A stretch of DNA of 64,000 nt from an uncultured Gammaproteobacteria bacterium (GCA_965230895.1 OZ246394.1:980668-1044667), one strand, 5' to 3'; shown: positions 9,523 to 20,120, numbered from the stretch's first letter. Notes: generated from the sequence alone by a model not told the origin. Translations and numbers: made by a program.

Positions 9523-11193
9523 ATGAGAAGCGGATTTTTATCCAAAAGCCTCGATCTTCTAACTCGCCGACAAACAAATATTCTTTCGGCCGCGTTCGTG
9601 ATCATGGTAACAGTTATTATTTCCCAGCTATTGGGATTAGTAAGGCAGCGCCTTTTAGTAGGTATTTTTGGAGCATCGAATGAACTTGGAATCTATCTTT
9701 ATGCCACGCAATTACCAGATACGCTGTTCCAATTAACTATTGCAGCTGCATTATCCTCAGCCTTCATCCCTGTCTTTTCTGATTATCTTGCCAAAGGCCG
9801 AGAGCAAGAAGCTCATAAAATGGCTTCGACATTACTTTCTTTAGGATTCGCAATATTCACCGTACTATCAATACTTATGGCAATATTTGCCCGAGATATT
9901 CTACAGATATTTAATCTTGGATCAAATTTTTCCCCACATGATATGGACCTTATGGCAAATATGATGCGTATCATTATCTTTGGACAACTTCTTTTTATTG
10001 TCGGAACATTCTTCACAGCACTTTTGCAATCATATAATCATTTCTTTATCCCTGGAATTGCAGCTGCGCTTTACAACCTTGGCATTATCATTGGCGTTAT
10101 ATCATTCTCAAGCAGCTTGGGTATTTACTCAACAACGGTCGGTGTTCTTTTGGGAGGATTTATTTTCATACTTGTTCAAATACCACTCGCACGAAAAATT
10201 GGTTTCAGATTTAAACCGTCTATCGCTTATATCAAATCGGATGGTGTTAAAAAAATTGGGAAGCTTATGTGGCCACGGACGATTTCTGTGGTTCTTTTCC
10301 AGTTAGGGACTGTCGCAATCGGGTCATTTATCTCTTTCCTTTCCGATCCAGGGCGTATGAATGTTATTTTTGATTTTGCAAAGACATTGGCATTTGCTCC
10401 TGTTGCGCTTTTCGGACAGACGATTGCGCAGGCTGCTTTCCCTGTCCTTTCGAGAGAGAAAGATAAACCAGCAGAATTTAAAGAGACGTTTATTAATAGT
10501 TTTAATCAAATGCTTTATTTGGTTTTGCCTGTTTCTGTTTTAATTTTGGTATTGAGAATTCCTGTTGTTCGGTTGGTTTTTGGAGCAAGTAAATTTGACT
10601 GGCCAGCGACAGTTTTGACGGGACAAACGCTTGCATTCTTCAGTATCTCAATTTTTGCACAAGCTTTAATTACATTGGTTCTACGAGCTTTTTATGCACT
10701 ACATGATACAAAGATTCCACTTATTGTCGGTGCAATTTCAACAGTAGTATTAATTGCTGCATCTTATTCATTTATCGTTGTTTTCGGATGGGGCGTCGAG
10801 AGTTTGGGAATCGCATTTTCTATCGCAAGTATTTTACAGCTTATTATTTTGTTCCTTATTCTTGAGAAAAAAGTTGGTGGATTTAATAAACTACCACTTC
10901 TTAGTTCTTGGGCGAAATTCTTTATCTCATCTTTCCTCACCGCTTTCGCTCTGTATATCCCAATTAAACTTTTGGACCAATTAGTATTTGATACCACAAG
11001 AACTATCAATTTGATTATCTTAACTGGTATTTCAAGTCTTCTTGGTCTTGCTCTATACCTCTTCCTCACATGGTTCTTTGATGTGAAAGAAGCAAAAGCA
11101 TATGTCCTTATGGCAAAGAAGATTGGAAATTGGAAAGATATCCTCAAGAAGTCCCAAGAATTATTGGGAATGGGCACCGGGAAAATGAATTAA
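9523..11193 (+). CDS. murJ: Lipid II flippase MurJ (MviN)
   Basis: 556 aa polytopic membrane protein; N-terminal region (ISQLLGLVRQRLLVGIFGAS...LYATQLPDTLF) matches the MurJ/MviN family. Confidence 0.85.
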   Translation: MRSGFLSKSLDLLTRRQTNILSAAFVIMVTVIISQLLGLVRQRLLVGIFGASNELGIYLYATQLPDTLFQLTIAAALSSAFIPVFSDYLAKGREQEAHKMASTLLSLGFAIFTVLSILMAIFARDILQIFNLGSNFSPHDMDLMANMMRIIIFGQLLFIVGTFFTALLQSYNHFFIPGIAAALYNLGIIIGVISFSSSLGIYSTTVGVLLGGFIFILVQIPLARKIGFRFKPSIAYIKSDGVKKIGKLMWPRTISVVLFQLGTVAIGSFISFLSDPGRMNVIFDFAKTLAFAPVALFGQTIAQAAFPVLSREKDKPAEFKETFINSFNQMLYLVLPVSVLILVLRIPVVRLVFGASKFDWPATVLTGQTLAFFSISIFAQALITLVLRAFYALHDTKIPLIVGAISTVVLIAASYSFIVVFGWGVESLGIAFSIASILQLIILFLILEKKVGGFNKLPLLSSWAKFFISSFLTAFALYIPIKLLDQLVFDTTRTINLIILTGISSLLGLALYLFLTWFFDVKEAKAYVLMAKKIGNWKDILKKSQELLGMGTGKMN

Positions 11194-11567
11194 GCCGCTT
11201 TCCGTCGACCCTTTGCATTTTGAATTGCCTCTCTCAGATTAACAATTACAGCTTCAGTTGACAATCCACCTTCCAATCGAAGTCGCACGTGATTTCGTTC
11301 ATGTCCATTATCTACGGTCGCATATCCCCAGTGAGGCATATGCTCAACAGTAACTTTTGATTTTCCTATTTGATATTTATTGGGTATATCTGGACCGACG
11401 TGACTATGAGCGAGGACATTGGTCGGTCTTCCCATCTCCATAAGTGTTCCGACAACTGCCAATCCAATTTCCCAATGATCGATTCGTACATCAGATGGTT
11501 TTTTTGCCGAAGCAGCAATCTTTTCATGCGTAAGTCCTCGTACTTTTCTTTCAGTCATAAAAGGCAT
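11190..11567 (-). CDS. Peptidase M15-like (LAS-family zinc peptidase; VanY/CwlK-type D,D- or L,D-peptidase), start uncertain
   Basis: LAHSHVGPD and VEHMPHWGY resemble the H-x(3-6)-D and E-x-x-H/WH motifs of M15 peptidases. The longest ORF starts at 11645, but that 5' end coincides with a strong intrinsic terminator for groEL (11619..11650), so Met27 (11567) or Met30 is used here; Met1 would add a hydrophobic anchor. Confidence 0.35.
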   Translation of the reverse strand: MPFMTERKVRGLTHEKIAASAKKPSDVRIDHWEIGLAVVGTLMEMGRPTNVLAHSHVGPDIPNKYQIGKSKVTVEHMPHWGYATVDNGHERNHVRLRLEGGLSTEAVIVNLREAIQNAKGRRKAA

Positions 11568-11618
11568 TATACATGAATAAAGATTGATTACATGACATAA
11601 ACCAAACATTTTTACCAA

Positions 11619-11650
11619 TAAAAAACCCGCCATCCAGCGGGTCATTTTTC
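11619..11650 (-). terminator. Intrinsic terminator downstream of groEL (hairpin ACCCGC/GCGGGT flanked by A-run and T-run, potentially bidirectional)
   Basis: Minus strand reads GACCCGC-TGGATG-GCGGGT followed by TTTTTATT, 30-60 nt after the groEL stop; on the plus strand the same hairpin is followed by TTTTT. Confidence 0.55.
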
Positions 11651-11677
11651 AACTCTCAATTCGCAACTTTCAATTCT

Positions 11678-13351
<1,674 letters not shown>

Positions 13352-13651
13352 TTATTCTACGATTGCGAGTATATCAGTTTGTCGAACGAGTTTCCACTCT
13401 TCATTATCAACTTTAACTTCATCTCCACCCCATTTTTTGAACATAATCTTTTGGCCAACTTTAACAATCATAGGAATTAAATTCCCTCGATCATCATAAA
13501 CGCCAGTTCCAACGGCTACGATTTCCCCGATTTGTGGTTTTTCCTTTGATGTTTCTGGAAGATACAATCCACCGGCTGTTTTTGTCTCTGCCTTAACAGG
13601 CTTTACAAGGACGTTATCGAAAAGTGGTTTAATATTTGTTTTAGTTGCCAT
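13352..13651 (-). CDS. groS: Co-chaperonin GroES (10 kDa)
   Basis: 99 aa; typical GroES sequence (IKPLFDNVLVKP...); 10 nt upstream of groEL. Confidence 0.9.
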   Translation of the reverse strand: MATKTNIKPLFDNVLVKPVKAETKTAGGLYLPETSKEKPQIGEIVAVGTGVYDDRGNLIPMIVKVGQKIMFKKWGGDEVKVDNEEWKLVRQTDILAIVE

Positions 13652-13672
13652 ACCAATATTATTTTTGACGAG

Positions 13673-13728
13673 TTATCACTCGTTCAAACAATATGCTAAT
13701 TTATACAATACAACGCCATTGATGTCAA
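13673..13728 (-). promoter_or_regulatory. groESL promoter (TTGACA-17-TATAAA) immediately followed by a degenerate CIRCE-like inverted repeat
   Basis: Minus strand: -35 TTGACA (13723..13728), 17-nt spacer, -10 TATAAA (13700..13705). Next comes TTATCACTC-N9-ATATGCTAA (13673..13699), compared with the CIRCE consensus TTAGCACTC-N9-GAGTGCTAA (8/9 and 6/9 matches), in the 5' UTR 22-48 nt upstream of the groES ATG. Confidence 0.4.
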
Positions 13729-13848
13729 TAACCTATAGCCATAATACCTGGCTAGTGGATATTTTTATACTATTATATGCAATATAAAGATACTTGATCG
13801 TTTGAAGGAATGCGTAATGAAAAGCTGAGCTTGTGAAAATAATTCTTC

Positions 13849-13877
13849 TTGACACAACCATTTTTCTTCTATACGAT
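13849..13877 (+). promoter_or_regulatory. Candidate sigma70-like promoter for the PKD surface-protein gene
   Basis: TTGACA (13849..13854), 17-nt spacer, TACGAT (13872..13877), about 40 nt upstream of the ATG at 13918. Confidence 0.2.
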
Positions 13878-13917
13878 AAAATTACCGTTTACTTTATGAA
13901 CGGATACTGTAGTACAT

Positions 13918-15129
13918 ATGAACTCAAAAGGTAAAAAAATTCTTCTCGGTGGATTTCTCGTAGTCCTTCTCGTAGGTATTCCACTTACCGTTTATCTTCT
14001 TCAACAGCAGCAGGAAGTTCGAAGTAGAGCAGAAAAGTCTACAATTGTTACCTTCACGCCTGACTCCACACAGGCTGCTCCTATTCAAAAAGCAGTTGGA
14101 GATAGTATCCCGCTTGATATTAATGTTGATCCAGGAAAGAATCTTGTTTCATTCGTAAAGCTTGAAATTAGTTATGATCCTGAAGTCCTCGCAACGTCAT
14201 CAGCAAATGCCTTCCAGGCAAACACAACTGCATTCCCATCAGTTCTTGAAGGACCAGTCTACACACCGGGTAAGATCGCGGTTACTCTTTCTGTAGGGCC
14301 AGATCCGACGAAAGCTATTCAACAAAAAGTGAAAGCAGCGACTTTGACGTTTACAGCTTTAAAGAATACTCCGCCAGGTACACCAACGCTTGTTACATAT
14401 AGTTCCAATACACAAGTTCTTTCTATTGGATCAAATGATCAAGCAAGTGAGAATGTACTTTCAACTGCAACACCAGCTACTATTGAGATTGGTGGAGCAG
14501 CGCCATCTCCTAGCGATCAGCCTATTCCAACTGGCACAGTTGCGCCAACAGTCCCAGTGACAGATGCACCAACGCAAGCACCATTACCTACAGATGTACC
14601 ATTACCTACAGACATTTTGTCTCCAACTCCAACAGGTCCAGTTACAAGTGGTCCACCAAACACAGCACCTGTTTGTAGTACCTTAGTTGCTGATCGTGAA
14701 TTGACTGGCGCTGCACCATTCTCAATCACCTTGACTGCAAACGGAAGTGATACAGACGGCACAATCGGCAAGGTAACATTTAATTTTGGTGACGGACAAC
14801 AAAGTGATGTCACAACATCAGGTGGAATCGGAACCGCTTCTGTAAACGTACAAGCATCACATACATACAACAATCCTGGAACATATCAAGCAACTGCAAT
14901 TTTGACAGATAGTTCTGCTGGAGTAAGTCTGCCAAGTGATACTTGTAAGCAAACTATTACTGTAACTGAAGCAAGTAACAGTGCAAGTCCTGCACCAAAC
15001 ACTGGCGGTGGTAATGTAGTTCTCACTCCAACTATGCCTCCAACAGGAGCAACAGAGACAGCAATCGGCGTTGGCGTCGCAGTCCTTATGCTCATCGTTG
15101 GTGGAGGATTACTCTTCTTCGTCCTCTAA
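13918..15129 (+). CDS. Secreted/surface protein with PKD domain and C-terminal sorting-like signal
   Basis: 403 aa. N-terminal signal/anchor (KKILLGGFLVVLLVGIPLTVYLL) and Pro/Thr-rich linkers. PKD-like domain (VTFNFGDGQQSD...SHTYNNPGTYQATAILTD). C-terminus LTPTMPPTGATE followed by the hydrophobic stretch AIGVGVAVLMLIVGGGLLFFVL. Confidence 0.6.
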   Translation: MNSKGKKILLGGFLVVLLVGIPLTVYLLQQQQEVRSRAEKSTIVTFTPDSTQAAPIQKAVGDSIPLDINVDPGKNLVSFVKLEISYDPEVLATSSANAFQANTTAFPSVLEGPVYTPGKIAVTLSVGPDPTKAIQQKVKAATLTFTALKNTPPGTPTLVTYSSNTQVLSIGSNDQASENVLSTATPATIEIGGAAPSPSDQPIPTGTVAPTVPVTDAPTQAPLPTDVPLPTDILSPTPTGPVTSGPPNTAPVCSTLVADRELTGAAPFSITLTANGSDTDGTIGKVTFNFGDGQQSDVTTSGGIGTASVNVQASHTYNNPGTYQATAILTDSSAGVSLPSDTCKQTITVTEASNSASPAPNTGGGNVVLTPTMPPTGATETAIGVGVAVLMLIVGGGLLFFVL

Positions 15130-15152
15130 CAGTCTGCTATACTTCGGTAAGC

Positions 15153-15320
15153 ATGTACTCAGAACACTATCATCGAATTCAGAAGTTACACCGTTTACTA
15201 AAAGAGGCAGGAAGTCCTATTGATGAAGCACGCGTCCGGAGAGTTGCAAGTGAATATAAGAAACCTATTGTCATTGTAGAAGCTACCACAAAAACGAAAG
15301 GAGGAGAATCCGTTTTATAA
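15153..15320 (+). CDS. Possible small protein (55 aa), stop overlapping the start of the downstream hydrolase gene (TAATG)
   Basis: ATG at 15153; non-repetitive sequence MYSEHYHRIQKLHRLLKEAGSPIDEARVRRVASEYKKPIVIVEATTKTKGGESVL; stop TAA at 15318..15320 overlaps the ATG at 15320; no clear SD; below the ORF-track size cutoff. Confidence 0.2.
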   Translation: MYSEHYHRIQKLHRLLKEAGSPIDEARVRRVASEYKKPIVIVEATTKTKGGESVL

Positions 15321-15874
15321 TGAAAAATGCGATAATACTACACGGCACAGATGCAACTTCCAAAGATAATTGGTTTCCTTGGGTGAAAGAAGAATTAGAA
15401 TTTGAAGGATGGAGCGTTTGGGTCCCCAATTTACCCAAAGCAAATAAACCCAATATCAAACGCTATAATAAATATTTGGGTGAGCAAAAAGAATTTGAGC
15501 TTAATGAAGAAACCGTTTTAATAGGGCATTCGTCAGGAGCTGTAGCAATACTTGGTCTTCTCCAATCTTTACCAAAGGATGTTATTGTAAAACGGATAGT
15601 TCTCGTCGGTGCTTTCCGAAATGATTTGGGATGGGATTCGTTGAAAGAACTTTTTGAAGAACCTTTTGATTTCGAAAAGATTAAAGAGCAAGTAAAAGAA
15701 GTGACATTAATTCATTCCGATAATGATCCATATATACGATTAGAACAAGCAGAATATTTGGCCGAAAAATTGAACGGTGAATTAATTATCTTGAAAGGCC
15801 AAAAGCATTTCAGTGAAAGCATGGATCCGAAATATAATACATTCCCTTTTCTTGTAGAGTTGTTAAGAGATTAA
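15320..15874 (+). CDS. Alpha/beta-fold serine hydrolase, YdeN/RBBP9-like
   Basis: 184 aa; HGTDATSKDNWFPW N-terminus and GHSSG nucleophile elbow; GGAGGAG SD 13 nt upstream. Confidence 0.6.
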   Translation: MKNAIILHGTDATSKDNWFPWVKEELEFEGWSVWVPNLPKANKPNIKRYNKYLGEQKEFELNEETVLIGHSSGAVAILGLLQSLPKDVIVKRIVLVGAFRNDLGWDSLKELFEEPFDFEKIKEQVKEVTLIHSDNDPYIRLEQAEYLAEKLNGELIILKGQKHFSESMDPKYNTFPFLVELLRD

Positions 15875-16386
15875 TTCAGTGCGTAGACATTTCGCACAAT
15901 GCCAGGAATATTGAGTGCTTGTTTTCGAACTGGATTAACATTGAACTGTGTCATGTTATCTCCCTTTTTCACTTCTCTTCCTACTAATTCAACACTATCG
16001 AGAAATTTAAATTCTTCTTTCATTTGTGCTGGTTTATACGGATCAGACTTGTCTTTGTAAACTTTTCTTATATGCATAAGATAGTGACCTTTTTCTCCAG
16101 CACCTTTCATTGTTTCATCTTCTAAATCTATATCTTCAGGTGTTCTTCCGATTGTGACTTGTCTTGTGATGGTTTCATCTTTATCGCTTGATTCAAACAT
16201 GACAACACCATTCCCTTGGATCACTTCCACAGGTTTACATCCAATATCATATGTTGTGAGGGAATTAAACTCTCCAAAGGCGGAGGCAACAGGTTTCATT
16301 TCATCAGGGAGATCACTCCTTCGACCATCACCAATTTTTGGTTCAGGTAAAGTATCAACTCCTCCAAATTCACCTAACTCAGACAT
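15871..16386 (-). CDS. Hypothetical protein (171 aa), downstream of lepA
   Basis: ATG start confirmed; no recognisable motif; follows lepA on the same strand after a 40-nt gap; the 3' end overlaps the convergent hydrolase gene by 4 nt. Confidence 0.4.
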   Translation of the reverse strand: MSELGEFGGVDTLPEPKIGDGRRSDLPDEMKPVASAFGEFNSLTTYDIGCKPVEVIQGNGVVMFESSDKDETITRQVTIGRTPEDIDLEDETMKGAGEKGHYLMHIRKVYKDKSDPYKPAQMKEEFKFLDSVELVGREVKKGDNMTQFNVNPVRKQALNIPGIVRNVYALN

Positions 16387-16426
16387 AATTTATATATATC
16401 ACAATCTAGCTCAAGGATACAAGAAT

Positions 16427-18160
16427 CTATTTATTATCCGAAATCATGGAGAATAATGCCGACTGTGGGAGAGAGACTTTCCCTTGCTGAATCATACGCT
16501 TCTTTCCTTTTTTCTGCGCTTCAAGAAGTTTATCTTTTCGAGTTCTGTCTCCTCCACTCATCTTTGCCAAAACGTCTTTTCTAAACGGTGGGATTTCTTC
16601 ACGAGCAACAATATTGTTATTTACAGTTGCCTGGATGATTTGACGGAATTGTTGACGATCAAGTGAATCTTTCAATTTTTCAGCTTTTTGACGTGCCACA
16701 TAAATTGCTTCATCTTTATAAACAAGTTCTGAAAGGACATCGATTGGATTCGTATTAATAAGAATATCTAACTTCACCAGGTCCGCTTGTTTGTAATCTG
16801 TAAGTTCATAATCCAATGATCCAAAACCAGCAGTCACTGATTTAATTTCACCATCAAGCCCGCGGATGAACATACTGTATGGCATCTCATATGAAAGAAC
16901 TGCATACGCTTCATGATATTGCATATCCAAAAGGAACCCTTTTTTCTTTTGGCAAACCGTCATAATACTCCCTACGTATTCCGCTGGCGCGTAAATGTTA
17001 AGAAGCATATATGGTTCGTAGATATCGCCATTCTCGCGAGTCTCGTAAAGTACTTGAGGCATTGTGAGTAGGAGGTCCAAATCATATTCTTGCTTCAATC
17101 GCTCTTTCACAATATCAGCATGCAAAAGTCCGAGAAACCCTACACGGAATCCACTTCCTAAATATGCAGAGTATTCATCGGTGTATGTAAGTGCTGTATC
17201 ATTTAATTCCAATTTTCCGAGCGCTTCACGAAGTCTCACAAAATCATCTGAAGATGTTGGATACATACCAAAAAACACCATCGGTTTTGGAGTAACATAC
17301 CCAGCTAAAGGTTCAACATTTGATCCTTCATCAATGACAGTATCTCCTACACGTGCCTGACGAATATCTTTGATTCCACAGGCAATATAACCAATCTCAC
17401 CTGTTTCTAATGCTTCAGCTTCTTTAAGAAATGGCGTAAAGGTTCCTGCTTCCACGACAGTATTTTTCAGTTTGTTTTGATAAAACTGGACAGAATCACC
17501 TTTCGATATTTTACCGTCAATGATACGTACGTATGCTATAACTCCCCGATATTCATCATAAACAGAATCAAAAATAAGCGCTCGCAATGGTGCATCAACT
17601 TTCCCTTGTGGAGCAGGTATTTTATCAACAATTAATTCAAGCAATTTATCGACGTTCTCACCTGTTTTTGCTGAGATAAAAAGTATTTCTTCTTTTTTAA
17701 ATCCAAATGCTTCAAGCTCTTTCACTACAGATTCTGTCATAGCATTTGGCAGATCAATTTTGTTAAGAACAGGAATCATGACAAGCCCTTCTTTTTTCGC
17801 AACTTGATAATGCGCAACAGTTTGCGCTTGGATTCCCTGCGTCGCATCAACAAGCAATACAGCACCTTCGCATGCTGCCAATGTACGAGAAACTTCATAT
17901 GAGAAATCTACATGGCCAGGGGTATCAATCAAATTCAATTGATAGGTTTCATCACCACGTTTATAATTCATTCGCACAGGTGCAAGTTTGATCGTAATAC
18001 CTCTTTTTCGAGAAATAACGTTTTGATCAAGGAACTGTTCTTGCAACTTATCTTTGGCAATTGTATGCGTATATTCCAAGAGCCGATCAGATAATGTAGA
18101 TTTCCCATGATCAATATGCGCGATAATCGCAAAATTACGTATATGATTTAATGTTTGCAT
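16427..18160 (-). CDS. lepA: Elongation factor 4 (LepA) with Lys-rich C-terminal extension
   Basis: 577 aa; NFAIIAHIDHGKSTLSDRLL G-domain and the LepA C-terminal domain; basic tail KDKLLEAQKKGKKRMIQQGK. Confidence 0.9.
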   Translation of the reverse strand: MQTLNHIRNFAIIAHIDHGKSTLSDRLLEYTHTIAKDKLQEQFLDQNVISRKRGITIKLAPVRMNYKRGDETYQLNLIDTPGHVDFSYEVSRTLAACEGAVLLVDATQGIQAQTVAHYQVAKKEGLVMIPVLNKIDLPNAMTESVVKELEAFGFKKEEILFISAKTGENVDKLLELIVDKIPAPQGKVDAPLRALIFDSVYDEYRGVIAYVRIIDGKISKGDSVQFYQNKLKNTVVEAGTFTPFLKEAEALETGEIGYIACGIKDIRQARVGDTVIDEGSNVEPLAGYVTPKPMVFFGMYPTSSDDFVRLREALGKLELNDTALTYTDEYSAYLGSGFRVGFLGLLHADIVKERLKQEYDLDLLLTMPQVLYETRENGDIYEPYMLLNIYAPAEYVGSIMTVCQKKKGFLLDMQYHEAYAVLSYEMPYSMFIRGLDGEIKSVTAGFGSLDYELTDYKQADLVKLDILINTNPIDVLSELVYKDEAIYVARQKAEKLKDSLDRQQFRQIIQATVNNNIVAREEIPPFRKDVLAKMSGGDRTRKDKLLEAQKKGKKRMIQQGKVSLPQSALFSMISDNK

Positions 18161-18301
18161 GCTGCTATTTTAGCAGAGAACAGGCTCGAAAGCCATTTTT
18201 AAACAATCTTGCCTAAGCTTGTCGAAGGCAAATAAATGTATGATCCACTTCGACTCACTTTGTTCGCTCAGCGAAAACATATGTGTTACAATAGGAAAAC
18301 A

Positions 18302-18976
18302 ATGAAAAAATTCCACTATATTCTTCTTGTACTCATTGTCGGTGTCTTCATCGCGATCATCTATGCCAACCAGCAACAAAATGGCAAGACAACAAATGCC
18401 ACTCAAACTCCAACTATCCCTCCTGATGGTCAGACAATGAATTTTAATATGAATCAGGGAAATGGCCAAGGGCAGCAGCAACCACAACAACAAGGCCAAG
18501 TTCAAGGGCAACAGACAGGCGCTCAGCCGACATTTGGCGTTGAAGAAGGTATGAAAGCAACATATTCAGCAGTGATTAAGACAACCAAAGGCGATATTGA
18601 AGCAACCTTATATGGAAAAGAAGCTCCAAATACTGTAAAGAATTTTGTCGATAAAAGCAAAAGCGGATTTTATAAGAATCTGACGTTCCATCGAGTTGAA
18701 GATTGGGTGGTACAAGGCGGTGATCCAAAAGGAGATGGCACAGGAGGCGGCCTCATGAGGACAGAATTAAATACAAAACCATTTGTCGCCGGATCTCTGG
18801 GAATTGCACGTGGAGCAGATATCAGGGTTTCGAATGACTCACAATTCTTTATCACAAAATCAGAAGCATCACATCTTGATCAACAATATACGAACTTTGG
18901 GATGGTTACAAGCGGTATGGATGTGGTAAACAAGATGCAAATTGGAGATAAAATTCTCAGTATCACCGTGGAGTAG
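18302..18976 (+). CDS. Cyclophilin-type peptidyl-prolyl cis-trans isomerase, membrane-anchored with Q-rich linker
   Basis: Start moved to the ATG at 18302 (MKKFHYILLVL...; AGGAAAA upstream). TM helix, Gln-rich spacer (QGQQQPQQQGQVQGQQTGAQ), then a cyclophilin core (FHRVEDWVVQGGDPKGDGTGG). Confidence 0.85.
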   Translation: MKKFHYILLVLIVGVFIAIIYANQQQNGKTTNATQTPTIPPDGQTMNFNMNQGNGQGQQQPQQQGQVQGQQTGAQPTFGVEEGMKATYSAVIKTTKGDIEATLYGKEAPNTVKNFVDKSKSGFYKNLTFHRVEDWVVQGGDPKGDGTGGGLMRTELNTKPFVAGSLGIARGADIRVSNDSQFFITKSEASHLDQQYTNFGMVTSGMDVVNKMQIGDKILSITVE

Positions 18977-19550
18977 CAGGATTCCATCGCATTCTACTAT
19001 GTATTCCAACACCTCTAAATATTCCTTGATTGCTCGGAAGCCATAATTGTTTTTCATAGCTATATGATTGAGACATACCACCACTAACTGGAACTCTTTG
19101 TAAGGGATGAATGCTATGTACTGATGGCGGAAAGATTTGCGTTTCAGTATCCATAAATCGAACATGTAGAGGTTCTTGCTTGGGAAAACGATTAAAATAG
19201 TAGATGTGATCTGCATCATCTAATCGGAATCTATATGGTTCAATTGCAGTAGTCCCACCAATTGTTTCCGTACCAGCGTTTGTTGACCCAGGCTCTTTTA
19301 AAATAATAACTGGAGTCTCTTTATCCGTCTTCGTTTTATGGCCATATTGTTCAAACTTTGCTCGAAGATCTATTTGCGCTGCAAAGTCATAGGTAAATGC
19401 ATCAACCGGAACACCAGGTAAAATATCATGCAGGACATAACGGAACTTACCAAGTGAATCAACTCGTGCTATTTCCTCACGCAGATCTTCACTATCGTAC
19501 GGGATATGGAATTCTTCTCGCTCAACCATTGTGCCACTATGATAACACAT
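18963..19550 (-). CDS. Hypothetical protein (195 aa)
   Basis: No recognised motif; 14-nt convergent overlap with the 3' end of the cyclophilin gene; directly follows the DUF805 gene on the same strand. Confidence 0.3.
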   Translation of the reverse strand: MCYHSGTMVEREEFHIPYDSEDLREEIARVDSLGKFRYVLHDILPGVPVDAFTYDFAAQIDLRAKFEQYGHKTKTDKETPVIILKEPGSTNAGTETIGGTTAIEPYRFRLDDADHIYYFNRFPKQEPLHVRFMDTETQIFPPSVHSIHPLQRVPVSGGMSQSYSYEKQLWLPSNQGIFRGVGIHSRMRWNPATPR

Positions 19551-19565
19551 GAAGTCAACGATAAA

Positions 19566-20027
19566 TCATTTGCCGATAAAAGCTTTGAAGTCTAAAAGAG
19601 GAGGTTTTGGTCCATACTGGTTTTCTGATTGTTCCCCTTGCTTGAAAATAAGCCAAAAGGAATAAAAGATATTAACAAAAGGAATAAGTAACAGTACTAC
19701 CGAAGATCCATCATGTCCAACATCATGAAATCGCTTTACCGAAAGGGAGATATTCATGAAAATCGTAGGTATTGCAATGAGATTTAGCCAAGGCGAACCA
19801 AGAAAGCTCCTGCTATCGCCATTTACAGCATCACTCACCATAGCCAAGAGAAAACCAATAAAGAAATAGAGAATAAACGTCATAACCCCCACAAAAAGAT
19901 ATCCTAAAAAGAACGTTAATCTGCTAATCCGCCCATAAAATAAGCCTTGGAAATAATTACTCGGACGAACATTTGGCGTTTTAATAGAAGCCTCTATTTG
20001 TCCTTGTTTCTCTGCATTTGCATCCAT
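19566..20027 (-). CDS. DUF805 (YhaI-like) inner-membrane protein
   Basis: 153 aa; TM helices and a KRFHDVGHDGS motif resembling the conserved RLHD(T)G motif of DUF805. Confidence 0.5.
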   Translation of the reverse strand: MDANAEKQGQIEASIKTPNVRPSNYFQGLFYGRISRLTFFLGYLFVGVMTFILYFFIGFLLAMVSDAVNGDSRSFLGSPWLNLIAIPTIFMNISLSVKRFHDVGHDGSSVVLLLIPFVNIFYSFWLIFKQGEQSENQYGPKPPLLDFKAFIGK

Positions 20028-20074
20028 TAAAAATAATCATATAAGAGAACACTGAGTTAAGTCAATTTGAAGCA

Positions 20075-20099
20075 TAAAAAAACCGCTCTGAAAGCGGTT
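20075..20099 (-). terminator. Intrinsic terminator ending the rpoB-rpoC-rpsL-rpsG transcription unit
   Basis: Minus strand: AACCGCT-UUCAG-AGCGGUU stem-loop followed by UUUUU, 22-46 nt downstream of the rpsG stop. Confidence 0.65.
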
Positions 20100-20120
20100 C
20101 ATGTTGGAGACAAACTGTGT

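Noticed and set aside
18178-18195. GGCTCGAAAGCC hairpin followed by ATTTTT in the lepA/cyclophilin divergent region
   Set aside because: 4-bp stem only and no upstream plus-strand gene to terminate.
18170-18511. 113-aa minus-strand ORF
   Set aside because: Spans the divergent lepA/cyclophilin intergenic region and the 5' end of the cyclophilin gene; hydrophobic Leu-rich artefact.
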